Source: an uncultured Chromatiaceae bacterium
GTDB taxonomy: Bacteria; Pseudomonadota; Gammaproteobacteria; JAADHS01
Reading direction: 5' to 3'
NCBI GenBank assembly: GCA_964421045.1
Contig: CAYQVF010000010.1
Coordinates: 118 to 64,117 of the forward strand
Length of the DNA stretch: 64,000 nucleotides
The position numbers were made by a program, and so were the translations under genes. Below, in pieces: positions 8,727-19,366 of the stretch. How positions within the stretch are numbered: the stretch's first letter is position 1; each line of letters begins with the position of its first letter. The notes beneath the pieces were generated by a model, which saw only the letters and a list, made by a program, of their open reading frames with translations, was not told the origin of the DNA and searched no databases.

Positions 8727-9356
8727 ATGAATACATTGTATAACAGAGCAGAATTTTTGGATGGCATCGCTCGTTTAAATCAGCTTCCTGAAGATGTCGG
8801 CTATGAAGTGGCCTTTGCGGGTCGTTCTAATGTGGGTAAATCAAGCGCTTTAAATACGATAACGAGCCGCCGGGCATTGGCCAGAACCAGTAAAACACCG
8901 GGACGAACACAACAGATAAATTTGTTTACCCTGGATGCCGAACGTCGTTTGGCCGATTTACCCGGTTACGGGTTTGCTAAAGTACCCAATGCCGTTAAGA
9001 AAAAGTGGTATACTTTGCTGGAAACGTATTTGCAAACGCGTGTCTCGCTGCGCGGTATTATTATTTTTATGGATCTGCGTCGACCTTTGATGGATTTTGA
9101 CGTGCGTATGCTGGATTGGTGTACGGAAGCAGGTGTCCCCACCTACATTGTTTTGACAAAATCAGATAAGTTAAAGCGCGGCCCCGGATTAGCCGCGGTC
9201 AATACGGTTAAAAAATATGTAGCCGAAAAATATGCCCCTATCACACCGCGCAATGGGGGGCCGGCTGAAGAAATTAAAGTGCAATTATTTTCTTCATTAA
9301 AAAAACAGGGCATAGAAGACGCACATAATCAACTGGATTATTGGTTGTCGGTGTAA
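8727..9356 (+). CDS. engB: ribosome biogenesis GTP-binding protein EngB/YihA
   Basis: G1 motif GRSNVGKSS, DLPGYG, and overall similarity to YsxC/EngB. Confidence 0.9.
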   Translation: MNTLYNRAEFLDGIARLNQLPEDVGYEVAFAGRSNVGKSSALNTITSRRALARTSKTPGRTQQINLFTLDAERRLADLPGYGFAKVPNAVKKKWYTLLETYLQTRVSLRGIIIFMDLRRPLMDFDVRMLDWCTEAGVPTYIVLTKSDKLKRGPGLAAVNTVKKYVAEKYAPITPRNGGPAEEIKVQLFSSLKKQGIEDAHNQLDYWLSV

Positions 9357-9378
9357 GTTTGATACTTCACCTATCATT

Positions 9379-9438
9379 GCATAAATTATGACCCAGAACC
9401 GTTTTACTGTTCTAAAAGCGTCTGGGTCTGATTTTTTA
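9379..9438. repeat. extragenic repeat copy B plus hairpin and T-tract (terminator between convergent engB and crp)
   Basis: GCATAAATTATGACCCAGAACCGTTTTACTG core. GACCCAGA...TCTGGGTC forms an 8-bp stem, followed by TGATTTTTTA. Confidence 0.5.
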
Positions 9439-9458
9439 GATGACGATAGGGTTTATTT

Positions 9459-10127
9459 CTAATCCGGCGCTCTTAGTTTATCGCGGTCGCCGAGTATAAC
9501 TATGGTTTTACCTTTTGAGGTCACAATGTTTTCTTCTTCAAGATTTTTCAATACGCGACCAACCATTTCTCTTGAACAGCCGACTATTTTTCCTAATTCT
9601 TGACGGGTGATGCGAATTTGCATGCCATCAGGGTGAGTGACGGCGTCGGGTTCTTTGCAGAGGTCTTGTAAAGTACGGGCAATGCGCCCGGTAACATCCA
9701 TGAATGCCAAGCGACTGACGCTACTGCTGGTACGACGTAACCTGAGTGCCATTTGCCCTGCAAGCGCAAACAAAATATCAGGGTCTTCGCGCGCTAAAAT
9801 ACGAAATTTACTATAGCTGATTTCGGCAATTTCACAATTATTTCTGGCACGAATCCAGGCGCTGCGGTTATGATTTTGTGCAAAAAGCCCCATTTCACCA
9901 AAAAAATCACCTTGATTCAGGTAGGCCAGTACAATTTCTTTGCCTATGTCCGTTTCGATCAGAACACTGACTGAGCCTTTGATTACGTAAAAAAGCACAT
10001 CAGGGGTATCTCCGGCACAGATGATAATGTTTTTAGCTGGGTATTTTCGCAGACGGCAATGTTGTAGGAAGCGGTCAATAACCATTTCTTCTTTTGATTG
10101 AGGTTTCGGTGTCGCTAGTCGCTCCAT
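9459..10127 (-). CDS. crp: cAMP receptor protein (Crp/Vfr-type global regulator)
   Basis: cNMP-binding domain (GDFFGEMGLF) and C-terminal HTH RQELGKIVGCSREMVGRVLK, very close to the E. coli CRP helix. Confidence 0.9.
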   Translation of the reverse strand: MERLATPKPQSKEEMVIDRFLQHCRLRKYPAKNIIICAGDTPDVLFYVIKGSVSVLIETDIGKEIVLAYLNQGDFFGEMGLFAQNHNRSAWIRARNNCEIAEISYSKFRILAREDPDILFALAGQMALRLRRTSSSVSRLAFMDVTGRIARTLQDLCKEPDAVTHPDGMQIRITRQELGKIVGCSREMVGRVLKNLEEENIVTSKGKTIVILGDRDKLRAPD

Positions 10128-10285
10128 AGCAAGTATCCCCCTTATTATTTATAGCAACGTTCTCTTGCTAAAGTATCGGCATTCATGGGGTTAAAGTTTA
10201 GATTAGGGCTGATGCAATGGTAGCTGCTATAATTTTCTTACCCCAGAACAGTTAGTTTTTCTAGGCGAAATGGAGAAAAAAATCT

Positions 10286-10717
10286 ATGCAGGCGCGAATA
10301 AAATGGGTAGAAAAAGCGACTTTTATCGGTGAAAGCGGTAGTGGTCATGCTGTTGTGATGGATGGCCCTCCCGAGGCTGGAGGGCGTAATCTTGGTGTAC
10401 GGCCGATGGAAATGTTGTTGCTTGGTATGGGAGGGTGCGCTGCCTTTGACGTTGTGCATATTTTGAAAAAATCGCGTCAATCAGTTGAAGATTGTATTGC
10501 GGAAGTAAATGCTGAGCGGGCTCAGGATGAGCCTAAAATATTTACAAAAATACATCTTCATTTTCAGGTTAGTGGTGCAGGTTTGACAGAAAAAAATGTG
10601 GCGCGGGCGGTGAGCTTGTCCGCTGAAAAATATTGTTCTGCATCGATCATGTTGGGCAAAAGTGCTGAAATTACACATGACTTTGTCATCGTGGATAGAG
10701 CGTATGACAAGACTTAA
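10286..10717 (+). CDS. OsmC/Ohr-family protein (YhfA-like)
   Basis: OsmC-like fold signature around the GMGGCAAFD and CSAS cysteine regions; 143 aa. Confidence 0.75.
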   Translation: MQARIKWVEKATFIGESGSGHAVVMDGPPEAGGRNLGVRPMEMLLLGMGGCAAFDVVHILKKSRQSVEDCIAEVNAERAQDEPKIFTKIHLHFQVSGAGLTEKNVARAVSLSAEKYCSASIMLGKSAEITHDFVIVDRAYDKT

Positions 10718-11495
10718 ATTACACGGGTTTAATAATCTTACTAAAACTTTGAGTTTCAATATTTACGATGTGTGTTATACCAGCACGACTGAACAGCGCA
10801 ATAAATATATTGAATATATCGATGAGGTCTATAATGCAGATCGCTTGACTCAAATATTGACGGATGTTTCTAATATCATAGATGCCAATATTTTGAATAT
10901 TGCCCACCAGGATTATGATCCGCAAGGTGCGAGTGTCACGATGTTGATCTCTGAAGAATCAGTGATATCCGACGCCATATCAAATACAGAGGCACCAGGG
11001 CCCTTGCCTGATGCTGTGGTGGCGCATTTGGATAAAAGCCACTTAACGGTGCATACCTATCCAGAGAGTCATCCAGAAAATGAGATCAGTACATTTCGAG
11101 TAGATATTGATGTTTCAACCTGCGGCCGGGTTTCCCCGTTAAAAGCTTTGAATTATTTAATACACAGTTTTGAGTCGGATATCGTGATTATGGATTATCG
11201 TGTACGTGGATTTACAAGGAATTTACAAGGGGAAAAATATTTTATGGATCACAAAATTTCATCTATTCAAAATTATTTATCTAATGATACTAAAGAGCTT
11301 TATCAAATGATTGATGTGAATGTTTATCAGGAAAACATTTTTCATACTAAAATGATGTTAAAAAATTTTTCTTTAGATAATTATCTATTTGAAGTGAAGG
11401 CGGCAGATCTAAGTGAAAGAGCCTGGAATCGTATTAATACCCTATTAAAACACGAAATGGCAGAAATTTTTTACGGGCAAAATATAGCGGATTAG
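10704..11495 (+). CDS. speD: S-adenosylmethionine decarboxylase proenzyme
   Basis: [26 protein letters not shown] is near-identical to the E. coli SpeD N-terminus. The start was moved to this internal ATG, which overlaps the osmC-like gene end. The longer six-frame ORF start at 10662 is unlikely. Confidence 0.85.
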   Translation: MTRLKLHGFNNLTKTLSFNIYDVCYTSTTEQRNKYIEYIDEVYNADRLTQILTDVSNIIDANILNIAHQDYDPQGASVTMLISEESVISDAISNTEAPGPLPDAVVAHLDKSHLTVHTYPESHPENEISTFRVDIDVSTCGRVSPLKALNYLIHSFESDIVIMDYRVRGFTRNLQGEKYFMDHKISSIQNYLSNDTKELYQMIDVNVYQENIFHTKMMLKNFSLDNYLFEVKAADLSERAWNRINTLLKHEMAEIFYGQNIAD

Positions 11496-11528
11496 ACATT
11501 TCATAATGATGAATTTACACCTTTAACA

Positions 11529-12527
11529 TTGAATAAAAAACTAAAATTTGTAGCCTTTCTGGAAAAAGAGCGTGAAAGCTTAGGTGTTGGGGTGATAGGT
11601 CGCTATGCGCCCAGCCCAACAGGTCATTTGCATAGGGGTAATCTCTTTGCGGCATTAATGGCCTGGTTACAGTGCCGTTTGGCAGGAGGCCAGTTTTTCC
11701 TTCGATTTGAAGATTTAGACCGGCAGCGTGTACGCTCTAATAGTTTCGATTCAATTTTACAGGATTTGCAATGGTTAGGGCTAAACTGGGATGCGGTGCC
11801 AGGCGAGCTAAAAGACAGTTTTATAAGCCAGTCCAAGCGAAAATTTATTTATGATGCTGCTTTAGCATACCTTGGTGAGCAGCAAAAAATATTTCCCTGT
11901 GGTTGTTCTCGAAAAGATATTGCATTTGCTGCCAGCGCACCTCATAAAGGAACGCAGAAGGTGTTGATCTACCCCGGAACCTGTCGTAATGTGTCCACGA
12001 ATGAATCTCTTGAATCACGTGTTTGGCGTTATCGAATGCCAAAATCTGATGTTGTATTTACTGATGAGGTCTCAGGAGTTTATAGTCAATCATTAGCTCG
12101 GGACGTGGGCGATTTTGTCTTGCGACGAGCAGATGGGGTTTATGCCTATCAATTTGTTGTCGTTGTTGATGATATTTTGATGGGGGTTACCGATGTTGTT
12201 AGAGGCGCAGATTTGCTCGAGTCAACGCCACGACAAATCGAATTATTTAATAGCTTAGGGGGCGGGGTTCCTCGCTTTTGGCATGTCCCCTTATTATGCG
12301 ATGCGTATGGTGTTCGTTTATCAAAACGCGATGGCGCAAGTTCAATATCAAGCTTGCGTGAGGCCGGTGAGTGTGCTGAAGTGCTGGTTGGGCAATTAGC
12401 CGCTTCTGTTTCTTTAGTGACGGAAGGTACTGTTTTGTCGGCGAAAGAATTATTGGAAGAGGTTGGAACGCTTCATCATTTCCGACAAAAATTGCAGCAA
12501 GCCCCAAAAGTTATAAATCATTTTTAG
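11529..12527 (+). CDS. gluQ: glutamyl-Q tRNA(Asp) synthetase
   Basis: Class I aaRS motif GRYAPSPTGHLHRGNL (HIGH region), with a truncated GluRS catalytic-domain length and no anticodon-binding domain. The true start may be a few codons downstream. Confidence 0.85.
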   Translation: MNKKLKFVAFLEKERESLGVGVIGRYAPSPTGHLHRGNLFAALMAWLQCRLAGGQFFLRFEDLDRQRVRSNSFDSILQDLQWLGLNWDAVPGELKDSFISQSKRKFIYDAALAYLGEQQKIFPCGCSRKDIAFAASAPHKGTQKVLIYPGTCRNVSTNESLESRVWRYRMPKSDVVFTDEVSGVYSQSLARDVGDFVLRRADGVYAYQFVVVVDDILMGVTDVVRGADLLESTPRQIELFNSLGGGVPRFWHVPLLCDAYGVRLSKRDGASSISSLREAGECAEVLVGQLAASVSLVTEGTVLSAKELLEEVGTLHHFRQKLQQAPKVINHF

Positions 12528-12672
12528 GTTTTTTTGTTTTGAATGAATTTCATCTGTCCGAATGGAAACGTACCTGTATGCCTCCTAATTTAAGCGCCTG
12601 AGTGTTATAATCTCCATCGTTGTGCCTGGTGGAAATAAGCGTGGATAAAAGAGGTGATCAAGAGGCAAAATC

Positions 12673-13122
12673 ATGCGAAAGATTGATGCAATAAATAGAG
12701 TGGGTGTAAAGGTAAGGGGGGGTGTCAACCTGTTTCTGGTTATTTTTACACTTGTTTTGGCGGGATGCAGTGACCATGTTGCTGAGTTGCCGGCGGCATC
12801 TTTTGGCGATATTACTGTCCTTGAAAAACTGGCAAAGAGCTATGAAAAAATTGCAGAATACATTCCTGTCCGTCCGCAAAAATTAAGACAGGAGGATAAA
12901 AAGAAATTTGTTGAAGATGTGTTTAAGGATGCAGGGTATAATTATAAGAAAACGCTACTTTCCCCGGCAGCACAGCAAGTGATGAAGAGCAAGCATCATC
13001 GGGATTTGGCTGAGCTTGTGTTGTTGCCGACTACGGGGCTCGATGAGCAAAGTCTAACCGAGTTGTATGATGCGGCTGAGTTGCTCGCGATTGCGGCACT
13101 GAAGTCTAATACGAAAAAATAG
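12673..13122 (+). CDS. hypothetical lipoprotein
   Basis: Signal peptide with a lipobox LAGC. Extended -10 (TGTTATAAT) about 50 bp upstream. No recognisable domain. Confidence 0.5.
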   Translation: MRKIDAINRVGVKVRGGVNLFLVIFTLVLAGCSDHVAELPAASFGDITVLEKLAKSYEKIAEYIPVRPQKLRQEDKKKFVEDVFKDAGYNYKKTLLSPAAQQVMKSKHHRDLAELVLLPTTGLDEQSLTELYDAAELLAIAALKSNTKK

Positions 13123-13125
13123 AGT

Positions 13126-13437
13126 TTAGTGTCCGCCTCCTAGGCAGGGTGGAGAATCGGGCGGGGGGGTGTGTTGAGTTGCCCACTCTTCGGGCGTATA
13201 AGTATGTAAGGCCAAAGCATGAATAGACCCCTGTAATTCTGCAGCAAGTAGTTTATAAATCAGTCGGTGTCTTTTCACTGCGGTCAACGAATTGAAAGCG
13301 GTGGTAGCAATAACAATTTTAAAATGCGATTCTGAACCTTCCGGCACGTTGTGTTGGTGGCTTTCATTGACGATTTCCATGAAAGCAGGCTGAAAATGAT
13401 CGGTGAGCTTGTGCTGTAGTCTGTTCTGAATTTTCAT
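13126..13437 (-). CDS. bolA: BolA family transcriptional regulator / morphogene
   Basis: ESHQHNVPEGSESHFKIVI...RHRLIYKLLAAELQGSIHALALHTYTPEEW...PPC aligns closely with E. coli BolA. Confidence 0.85.
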   Translation of the reverse strand: MKIQNRLQHKLTDHFQPAFMEIVNESHQHNVPEGSESHFKIVIATTAFNSLTAVKRHRLIYKLLAAELQGSIHALALHTYTPEEWATQHTPPPDSPPCLGGGH

Positions 13438-13770
13438 TTACGACTCTGTTTCCGCTATCCATTTTTCAAGTGCTTCAATGATTGATTTTGCTTGTTCTGT
13501 ACTTGAAATGTTAAATTTTGATTGTTGTTTGTACTCTCCGTGACGTTTTCGATAGCGCCGGATTGTATATTTATCTTTACTGTATTCTTCTTTACGCCCG
13601 TCCCAGTCTTGATATTTAAAAATAATAGTTGACCAAGCGCCTTTGGTTAAGACAATTTTGTCGAGTTCCTTTACGGTCTCTTTACCATCTTCGGAGTAAG
13701 CGATGGTGATCTCATCAATAGTTTCAGCCATTTTTCTCTTTATATCTGTGTGTGGTGTGTAATAATCCAA
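13438..13770 (-). CDS. hypothetical protein translationally coupled to bolA
   Basis: 110-aa Lys/Glu-rich ORF whose stop abuts the bolA ATG (13438/13437). No domain recognised. Confidence 0.5.
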   Translation of the reverse strand: MDYYTPHTDIKRKMAETIDEITIAYSEDGKETVKELDKIVLTKGAWSTIIFKYQDWDGRKEEYSKDKYTIRRYRKRHGEYKQQSKFNISSTEQAKSIIEALEKWIAETES

Positions 13771-13870
13771 GGTGATTTATTTATATTTACCATTTTTACC
13801 ATAATTTTGACCTTTTTTCTATTAAAATAGAGCGTGAGTTTGAGTTTTTGGGGTCGCTTTTCATAGGTCT

Positions 13871-14374
13871 ATGTCAGTGTGTGAGTCAGAGAATAAATTT
13901 GAAGAAAAAAGTAAATCTCAGCGCAAGAGAGAAGTGGAAGCCTTGCAAAATATCGGGGAAAAGCTTGTTAACTTAAAATGTGCTCAGCTCAACAAGCTGG
14001 CATTGCCAGAAAGACTTCGTCAGGCTGTAGACAGCGCTCAGCAGATGCGTTCTAGAAGTGCATTACGCCGTCAGCGTCAATATATAGGTCGGTTAATGCG
14101 CGAAGAAGGGGAGGAGGTTGAGCTGCGGTTGGAGAAATTATTGCGCCCCCATGTCGAAGAAACGGCGTATTTACATAAACTAGAGCGTTGGCGAGATCGT
14201 TTGATTGATGAAGGGGAGGGCGCGATTGACGATTTAATAGCTGAGCATCCGTCAGCAGAGAGGCAAGTCGTTAGGCAATATGTGCGTAGTGCCAAAAAGC
14301 AACAGGAAAAATCGTTGTCTCAAAAGGCGGTGCGTAATTTATTTAAATATCTCAAGACGCTTATTTCTACATAA
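13871..14374 (+). CDS. yjgA: ribosome-associated protein YjgA/DarP (DUF615)
   Basis: Aligns with E. coli YjgA (RRQLQLIGK..., RDRLIDxGDxAI...). Confidence 0.85.
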   Translation: MSVCESENKFEEKSKSQRKREVEALQNIGEKLVNLKCAQLNKLALPERLRQAVDSAQQMRSRSALRRQRQYIGRLMREEGEEVELRLEKLLRPHVEETAYLHKLERWRDRLIDEGEGAIDDLIAEHPSAERQVVRQYVRSAKKQQEKSLSQKAVRNLFKYLKTLIST

Positions 14375-14477
14375 AAAGTCATTATTTGTTTTACCTGGAG
14401 ATATCTATCGTCTATACTCCCTATAATGCCAGTTTGGTCATGTTTATCGTAATATATATCTTCACGGAGTAGTTTGT

Positions 14478-14960
14478 ATGAAAATATCTTCTCGTTCTCG
14501 TCATGCAGTCACGGTAATGCTTGAGTTGGCATTACAAGAGCGTGAAACAGAGACGCCGGTTATAGATTTGGCGCGAAAGTATGGAATATCTCAGTCTTCA
14601 ATGGAGCAATTGTTTGCGAAGTTACGGCATTGCGGTTTAGTGACGGGGCGTCGTGGTCGCAGAGGAGGATATAAGCTCGCTGAGTCAGCAACAAAAATTT
14701 CGTTGGCTGATATTATTGGCGCAGTAGATTCTACGCGCGGGCAAATGGATCAGCAGTCAGGCGCACCCGCCGAGGTGGTGTGGAAAAAATTGAGTGACCG
14801 CTTGTATCTGTATCTGGAAGAGATGACTTTGGCGGAATTAATGGAGTCTGCTCAGCTGGATAAAACGACATCCATAGAGAACTCGATTATTGCTGATGGC
14901 ATGGATCCCACTTTAGGTGTACAAGCGACTGAAAGTAGTCTACGTCTCAACCATAGTTAA
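14478..14960 (+). CDS. Rrf2-family transcriptional regulator (cysteine-poor, unlikely to bind Fe-S)
   Basis: N-terminal MKISSRSRHAVTVMLELA is an Rrf2 winged-helix signature. It has only one Cys, so not IscR/NsrR-like. Confidence 0.7.
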   Translation: MKISSRSRHAVTVMLELALQERETETPVIDLARKYGISQSSMEQLFAKLRHCGLVTGRRGRRGGYKLAESATKISLADIIGAVDSTRGQMDQQSGAPAEVVWKKLSDRLYLYLEEMTLAELMESAQLDKTTSIENSIIADGMDPTLGVQATESSLRLNHS

Positions 14961-15226
14961 GCGCTTCGGCTTTTCATGGAAGGGTGAAGGATTAAAGAGG
15001 GCTGTGCAAGGATGCACACAGGGATGATCTGCGGATTACTTCAATAAAAAAAGGCCACAGCAGTTCGGTTGTAATTTTTATATATACCTACTAGCGTTAT
15101 GAATGTAGGCCTTTTCACGTGCCGCTATACTTCATTTTCAGCTTTTTCTCCGTTCTCTGCGTTGCCTTTATGTCTGGTTCTTTGGGTGCTGATGCCTCAA
15201 TCTTAAACGCCACGGAGATACAGCAA

Positions 15227-15706
15227 TCATTCGTAACGCTGGCCGGCGTGTTCCAACCAGCCCCCTGGGCGACGGCCACGAGGATCGTGGTGGGTCCAGT
15301 GAACGACCCCCCCTTTATTGTTCCATTCATATTCGCCGCGAAAGCGAATCGTATCCTGTTTTTTGAGTTTGGCGACCCGGGGGGCAAGATCAATATTATG
15401 AGCAATCAATATGGTTTTTCCGGAGGCGAGTTTTACTATAAAGCGCTGGTGTTTTGATCCCTTCAAATCGTCGCTGAGTACTTTTATGACACGTCCTTGA
15501 TCTTCAACGATAACATCGCTTTTTTGATTTTGGATGGCTTGTTCAAGTACGCCCAGGGGGGGAGTCTCCCCTGTAGTTTGTTCGGTGCTGAGAGATTGAT
15601 CTCTATTTCCGGGTTGTTGATCATCATCTAATTGTAACCACAGTGCGCCGATGATGACGGCAAGTAATATGATAATTTGACCGAATTTATTTTTAGTTAC
15701 TTTCAT
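15227..15706 (-). CDS. DUF3465-like exported protein
   Basis: N-terminal TM/signal segment. C-terminal motif ...FRGEYEWNNKGGVVHWTHHDP is characteristic of DUF3465, as far as I recall. Confidence 0.5.
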   Translation of the reverse strand: MKVTKNKFGQIIILLAVIIGALWLQLDDDQQPGNRDQSLSTEQTTGETPPLGVLEQAIQNQKSDVIVEDQGRVIKVLSDDLKGSKHQRFIVKLASGKTILIAHNIDLAPRVAKLKKQDTIRFRGEYEWNNKGGVVHWTHHDPRGRRPGGWLEHAGQRYE

Positions 15707-15813
15707 GCGGGTATAGATTCAGTTATGAGGTCAGTGTTTTATGGTGAGCGTCGTACCGTGAGAGATTCAGGGTACGACGCACTATATGTGAAACGACTAC
15801 TTTTAGTTATATC

Positions 15814-17730
15814 TTATGGTGTCTCATTTATCGCCGGTTCAAGTGGTGGCTCCTCTTCCCCTGTGGTCGCCCCTGATGAGGGGGGGGGCTTTTCGCCGGG
15901 TTGTTTATATTCAACAGGGGGTCGAGGGGGGTTGCCTGCCATGATGTCATTGACTTGGTCTTTGTCTAATGTTTCATATTCCATGAGCGCATCGGCCATG
16001 GCATGAAGGATGTCGATACGATCATTTAGTATTTTTTCAGATTGTTCATAGTTCCTTTCGATAAGCGATTTGATTTCGTTATCAATGGTTTCGGCAGTGC
16101 TATTCGCCATGGCTGACTCGGTTTGGTTTTGTCCTAAAAACCCTTGGTTTTCATCTTCAAGAAAGGCGCGTGGGCCGATGACGGAGGACAAGCCCCATTT
16201 TTTTACCATATTCGTTGCCAGCTCTGTAGCTCGTTGAATATCATTGCTGGCTCCTGTGGTGACCGCATCAGCACCAAAGATGATTTCTTCAGCGATACGT
16301 CCGCCAAACAGACTGGCAAGCTGGCTTTCTAAGCGTCGTTTGCTATAGCTGTGACGGTCTTCTTCTGGCAGGTACATGGTGACCCCTAGTGCTCGTCCTC
16401 TTGGGATGATGCTGACTTTGTGCACGGGGTCATGTTCGGGTACGGTTAAACCAACAATGGTATGTCCCGCTTCATGATACGCCGTGAGTTTTTTCTCCGA
16501 TTCGCTCATCACCATAGAGCGGCGCTCTGCACCCATCATGATTTTATCTTTAGCGTGTTCAAAATCTTCGTTGGTAACGGTATCTCGTCGTTCACGGGCG
16601 GCAAATAATGCCGCTTCATTGACGAGATTAGCCAGGTCAGCGCCCGAAAACCCAGGGGTGCCTCTTGCTATAGTGGAAGCATCGACATTGTCGCACGAAG
16701 GGATTTTACGCATGTGGACTTTGAGGATTTGGGCTCGACCCCGAACGTCAGGTAGGGGGACGGTGACTTGGCGGTCAAAGCGTCCTGGTCTAAGCAAAGC
16801 ATTGTCAAGGACATCAGGTCGGTTGGTTGCAGCAATAACGATGATGCCCTCAGTTCCTTCAAAGCCATCCATCTCTACCAGCAATTGATTGAGTGTTTGT
16901 TCACGTTCGTCGTTGCCACCGCCAATGCCGGCGCCTCGTTTACGTCCAACCGCGTCGATTTCATCGATGAATATAATGCAGGGTGCCGCTTTTTTGGCTT
17001 CTGCAAAAAGATCTCGTACTCGCGATGCGCCCACTCCGACAAACATTTCAACGAAGTCGGAGCCAGAAATGGAGAAAAAAGGAACTTCTGCTTCGCCAGC
17101 AATGGCTTTGGCGAGCAAGGTTTTACCCGTTCCTGGTGCGCCAACCATTAAGATGCCACGCGGGATTTGTCCTCCTACTTTTCTGAAGCGCTCACCATCG
17201 CGAAGGAAGTCGACAATTTCGCCTACTTCTTCCTTGGCTTCTTCAACTCCGGCGACATCAGTGAATTTAATATTGACTTGTCCTGCGCTAAACGTTTTTG
17301 CATTGGTTTTGCCAAAACGAAACGCACCACCATTCTGTCCACCGCCTTGTGAACGTTTCAGGAAATAGACCCACAGTGCAATAATAATGATGAAGGGGAG
17401 CCAGGAAATGATTAAACTGCCAAAAAAAGATTGTTTTTCTTTGGGTGCCGCTTTGATTATTACACCGTTGCTGATTAAATCTCCTATCAAGCCATTATCA
17501 TTGGGCGTATGGGCTTTAAAGGGGCTTCGTTCTGCATCCAAGCCATAGATAACGCCGTCATCAATCATGACTTCGACTATATTTTTATCGTTTATTTTCT
17601 TTAAAAACTCTGAATAAGGGATGGTATAGCGACTTTCCTCAATGTCAGCGGTCGAGCTGAGAAGAAAAAAAACAGACAAAGTTGCGAATGCCATTGTCAA
17701 AATAATGGCAGGTGCGCCAAAGTTTTTCAT
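15814..17730 (-). CDS. ftsH: ATP-dependent zinc metalloprotease FtsH
   Basis: Two TM segments, AAA+ Walker [12 protein letters not shown], and the zinc site HEAGH. Confidence 0.95.
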   Translation of the reverse strand: MKNFGAPAIILTMAFATLSVFFLLSSTADIEESRYTIPYSEFLKKINDKNIVEVMIDDGVIYGLDAERSPFKAHTPNDNGLIGDLISNGVIIKAAPKEKQSFFGSLIISWLPFIIIIALWVYFLKRSQGGGQNGGAFRFGKTNAKTFSAGQVNIKFTDVAGVEEAKEEVGEIVDFLRDGERFRKVGGQIPRGILMVGAPGTGKTLLAKAIAGEAEVPFFSISGSDFVEMFVGVGASRVRDLFAEAKKAAPCIIFIDEIDAVGRKRGAGIGGGNDEREQTLNQLLVEMDGFEGTEGIIVIAATNRPDVLDNALLRPGRFDRQVTVPLPDVRGRAQILKVHMRKIPSCDNVDASTIARGTPGFSGADLANLVNEAALFAARERRDTVTNEDFEHAKDKIMMGAERRSMVMSESEKKLTAYHEAGHTIVGLTVPEHDPVHKVSIIPRGRALGVTMYLPEEDRHSYSKRRLESQLASLFGGRIAEEIIFGADAVTTGASNDIQRATELATNMVKKWGLSSVIGPRAFLEDENQGFLGQNQTESAMANSTAETIDNEIKSLIERNYEQSEKILNDRIDILHAMADALMEYETLDKDQVNDIMAGNPPRPPVEYKQPGEKPPPSSGATTGEEEPPLEPAINETP

Positions 17731-18194
17731 AGCTTACTCCTTGTTATGCTAAGGTGATATTCTTTGAAAGAAATCACCATAAGTGCGATGAACTCAATAC
17801 GCACTCTATTTTTGGACAGTTTTTCGAACCAACTTTGCCCATCGATGAGGAAGTAGAACGTGGTAAATCAGAATAAAGACGATGTACTATGAAGAGCGGT
17901 CTAAGTTGTGAGAGATAAAAGGAGGCCTGGTCTTTGGCAAGCGCCAAGCCCATTGTACTCCTGGAACAATATAAATCCTTCTTATGGTCAATGCAATGCA
18001 TGGACAATTACTCCTCAGAATGCTTGTCAGCTCTGAAATGACCTACTAAGGTGTCATTTTAATGCTGGCAAGCTAGCTGATGCAAATAATAGGCCTGTAT
18101 ACTCTATAATTAGGTCTGTTTGTCGATGAGGTAACGGATCAGCATATTTTATTTTGGTGCAAAATTTAAATAACTGGGTCGTTATGCTTTAGGT

Positions 18195-18476
18195 TTAATG
18201 GTGTACAGCGCGTTTCATTTCATCTTCTGATTCGGGTAATACAATATTAAGCTCCAAAATTTCACAGTCACCATCATTATCCAGGTTGACCTGAATGTCA
18301 CTCAGGTCAATTTCTATATAACGACTGATCACGGCCAGTATGTCCCTTTTCATTGCGGGAAGATAATCGGGGCCATCTCGGTCTGTATGCTCCCGCGCCA
18401 AGATAATTTGTAGTCGATCTTTGGCAACCGTAGCGGTTTTCTTTTGTCTGCGCAGTAAATAATCAAGTATTGACAT
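18195..18476 (-). CDS. minE: cell division topological specificity factor MinE
   Basis: MSILDYLLRRQKKTATVAKDRLQIIL conserved MinE N-terminus, immediately downstream of minD. Confidence 0.9.
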   Translation of the reverse strand: MSILDYLLRRQKKTATVAKDRLQIILAREHTDRDGPDYLPAMKRDILAVISRYIEIDLSDIQVNLDNDGDCEILELNIVLPESEDEMKRAVHH

Positions 18477-18479
18477 AGT

Positions 18480-19292
18480 TTAGGTTCCAAATAAGCGGCT
18501 GAAAAATCCTTTTTTTTCCTCCGAAACAAAGCGCATGGGCTTTTCATCACCAAGGAATCGGTCTACAACATCACGGTAAGCTTTGCCGCTGTCACTTTTT
18601 TCGTCGCGAATAACGGGAACACCTGAATTGGACGCTTGAAGTACCGACTCTGATTCTGGGATGACACCCAGTAATGGAATGCCCAGTAGTTCTTGTATAT
18701 CTTCAATGGCCAACATTTCTCCCTGGTTGGCGCGCCTTGCACTGTAGCGTGTAATTAGAAGATGTTCGCGTATGGGTTCTTCATCTCCTTGCTCTGCACG
18801 TTGGGATTTTGCAGCTAGAATACCTAGAACCCGGTCTGAGTCTCTGACAGATGAGACTTCAGGGTTAGTGACAACAATCGCTTCGTCGGCAAAATATAAA
18901 GCCATGACTGCACCGCGTTCAATTCCCGCTGGCGAGTCACATATAATATAGTCAAAATTTTTCCTGAGTTCGTCAAGAATTTGGCCAACACCTTCTTGGG
19001 TGAGGGCTTCTTTATCTCGTGTTTGCGAGGCAGGCAGAATATAAAGGTTATTTTCATGTTTATCTCGGATTAACGCTTGTTTTAGAGAGGCTTCTCCATT
19101 CAAAACGTTGACAAAGTCATAAACTACGCGTCGTTCGCAGCCCATGACCAGATCCAAGTTCCGTAGGCCGATATCAAAATCAATAACGACCGTTTTTTGT
19201 CCGCTTTGTGCGAGACCGGTTGCAATATTTGCGCTGGTGGTTGTTTTCCCAACACCACCTTTACCAGAGGTGATTACAATTACTTTAGCCAA
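18480..19292 (-). CDS. minD: septum site-determining ATPase MinD
   Basis: Deviant Walker A GKGGVGKTT; 270 aa. Confidence 0.95.
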   Translation of the reverse strand: MAKVIVITSGKGGVGKTTTSANIATGLAQSGQKTVVIDFDIGLRNLDLVMGCERRVVYDFVNVLNGEASLKQALIRDKHENNLYILPASQTRDKEALTQEGVGQILDELRKNFDYIICDSPAGIERGAVMALYFADEAIVVTNPEVSSVRDSDRVLGILAAKSQRAEQGDEEPIREHLLITRYSARRANQGEMLAIEDIQELLGIPLLGVIPESESVLQASNSGVPVIRDEKSDSGKAYRDVVDRFLGDEKPMRFVSEEKKGFFSRLFGT

Positions 19293-19366
19293 ATGCTACT
19301 CTCCCTTGTCCAAACCAGTCGTTCGTGTGCTACGTACAGATTAGGTTAGGTAAATGGTTGTTAAAA

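Noticed and set aside
15115-15457. ORFs of 96 and 112 aa between the Rrf2 gene and the DUF3465 gene
   Set aside because: They overlap the 3' end of the DUF3465 gene and a convergent terminator-like inverted repeat (AAAAAGGCC...GGCCTTTT). No start context or domain.
16484-17368. Several plus-strand ORFs (134, 127, 159 and 67 aa) inside ftsH
   Set aside because: Shadow ORFs antisense to a highly conserved gene. Their compositions are Ser/Arg/Pro-rich, as typical of out-of-frame reads.
17774-18007. 77-aa minus-strand ORF in the 460-bp ftsH-minE intergenic region
   Set aside because: No RBS or motif, and a Ser/Leu-rich composition. I also scanned this gap for tRNA-like T-arm and acceptor structure and found none convincing.
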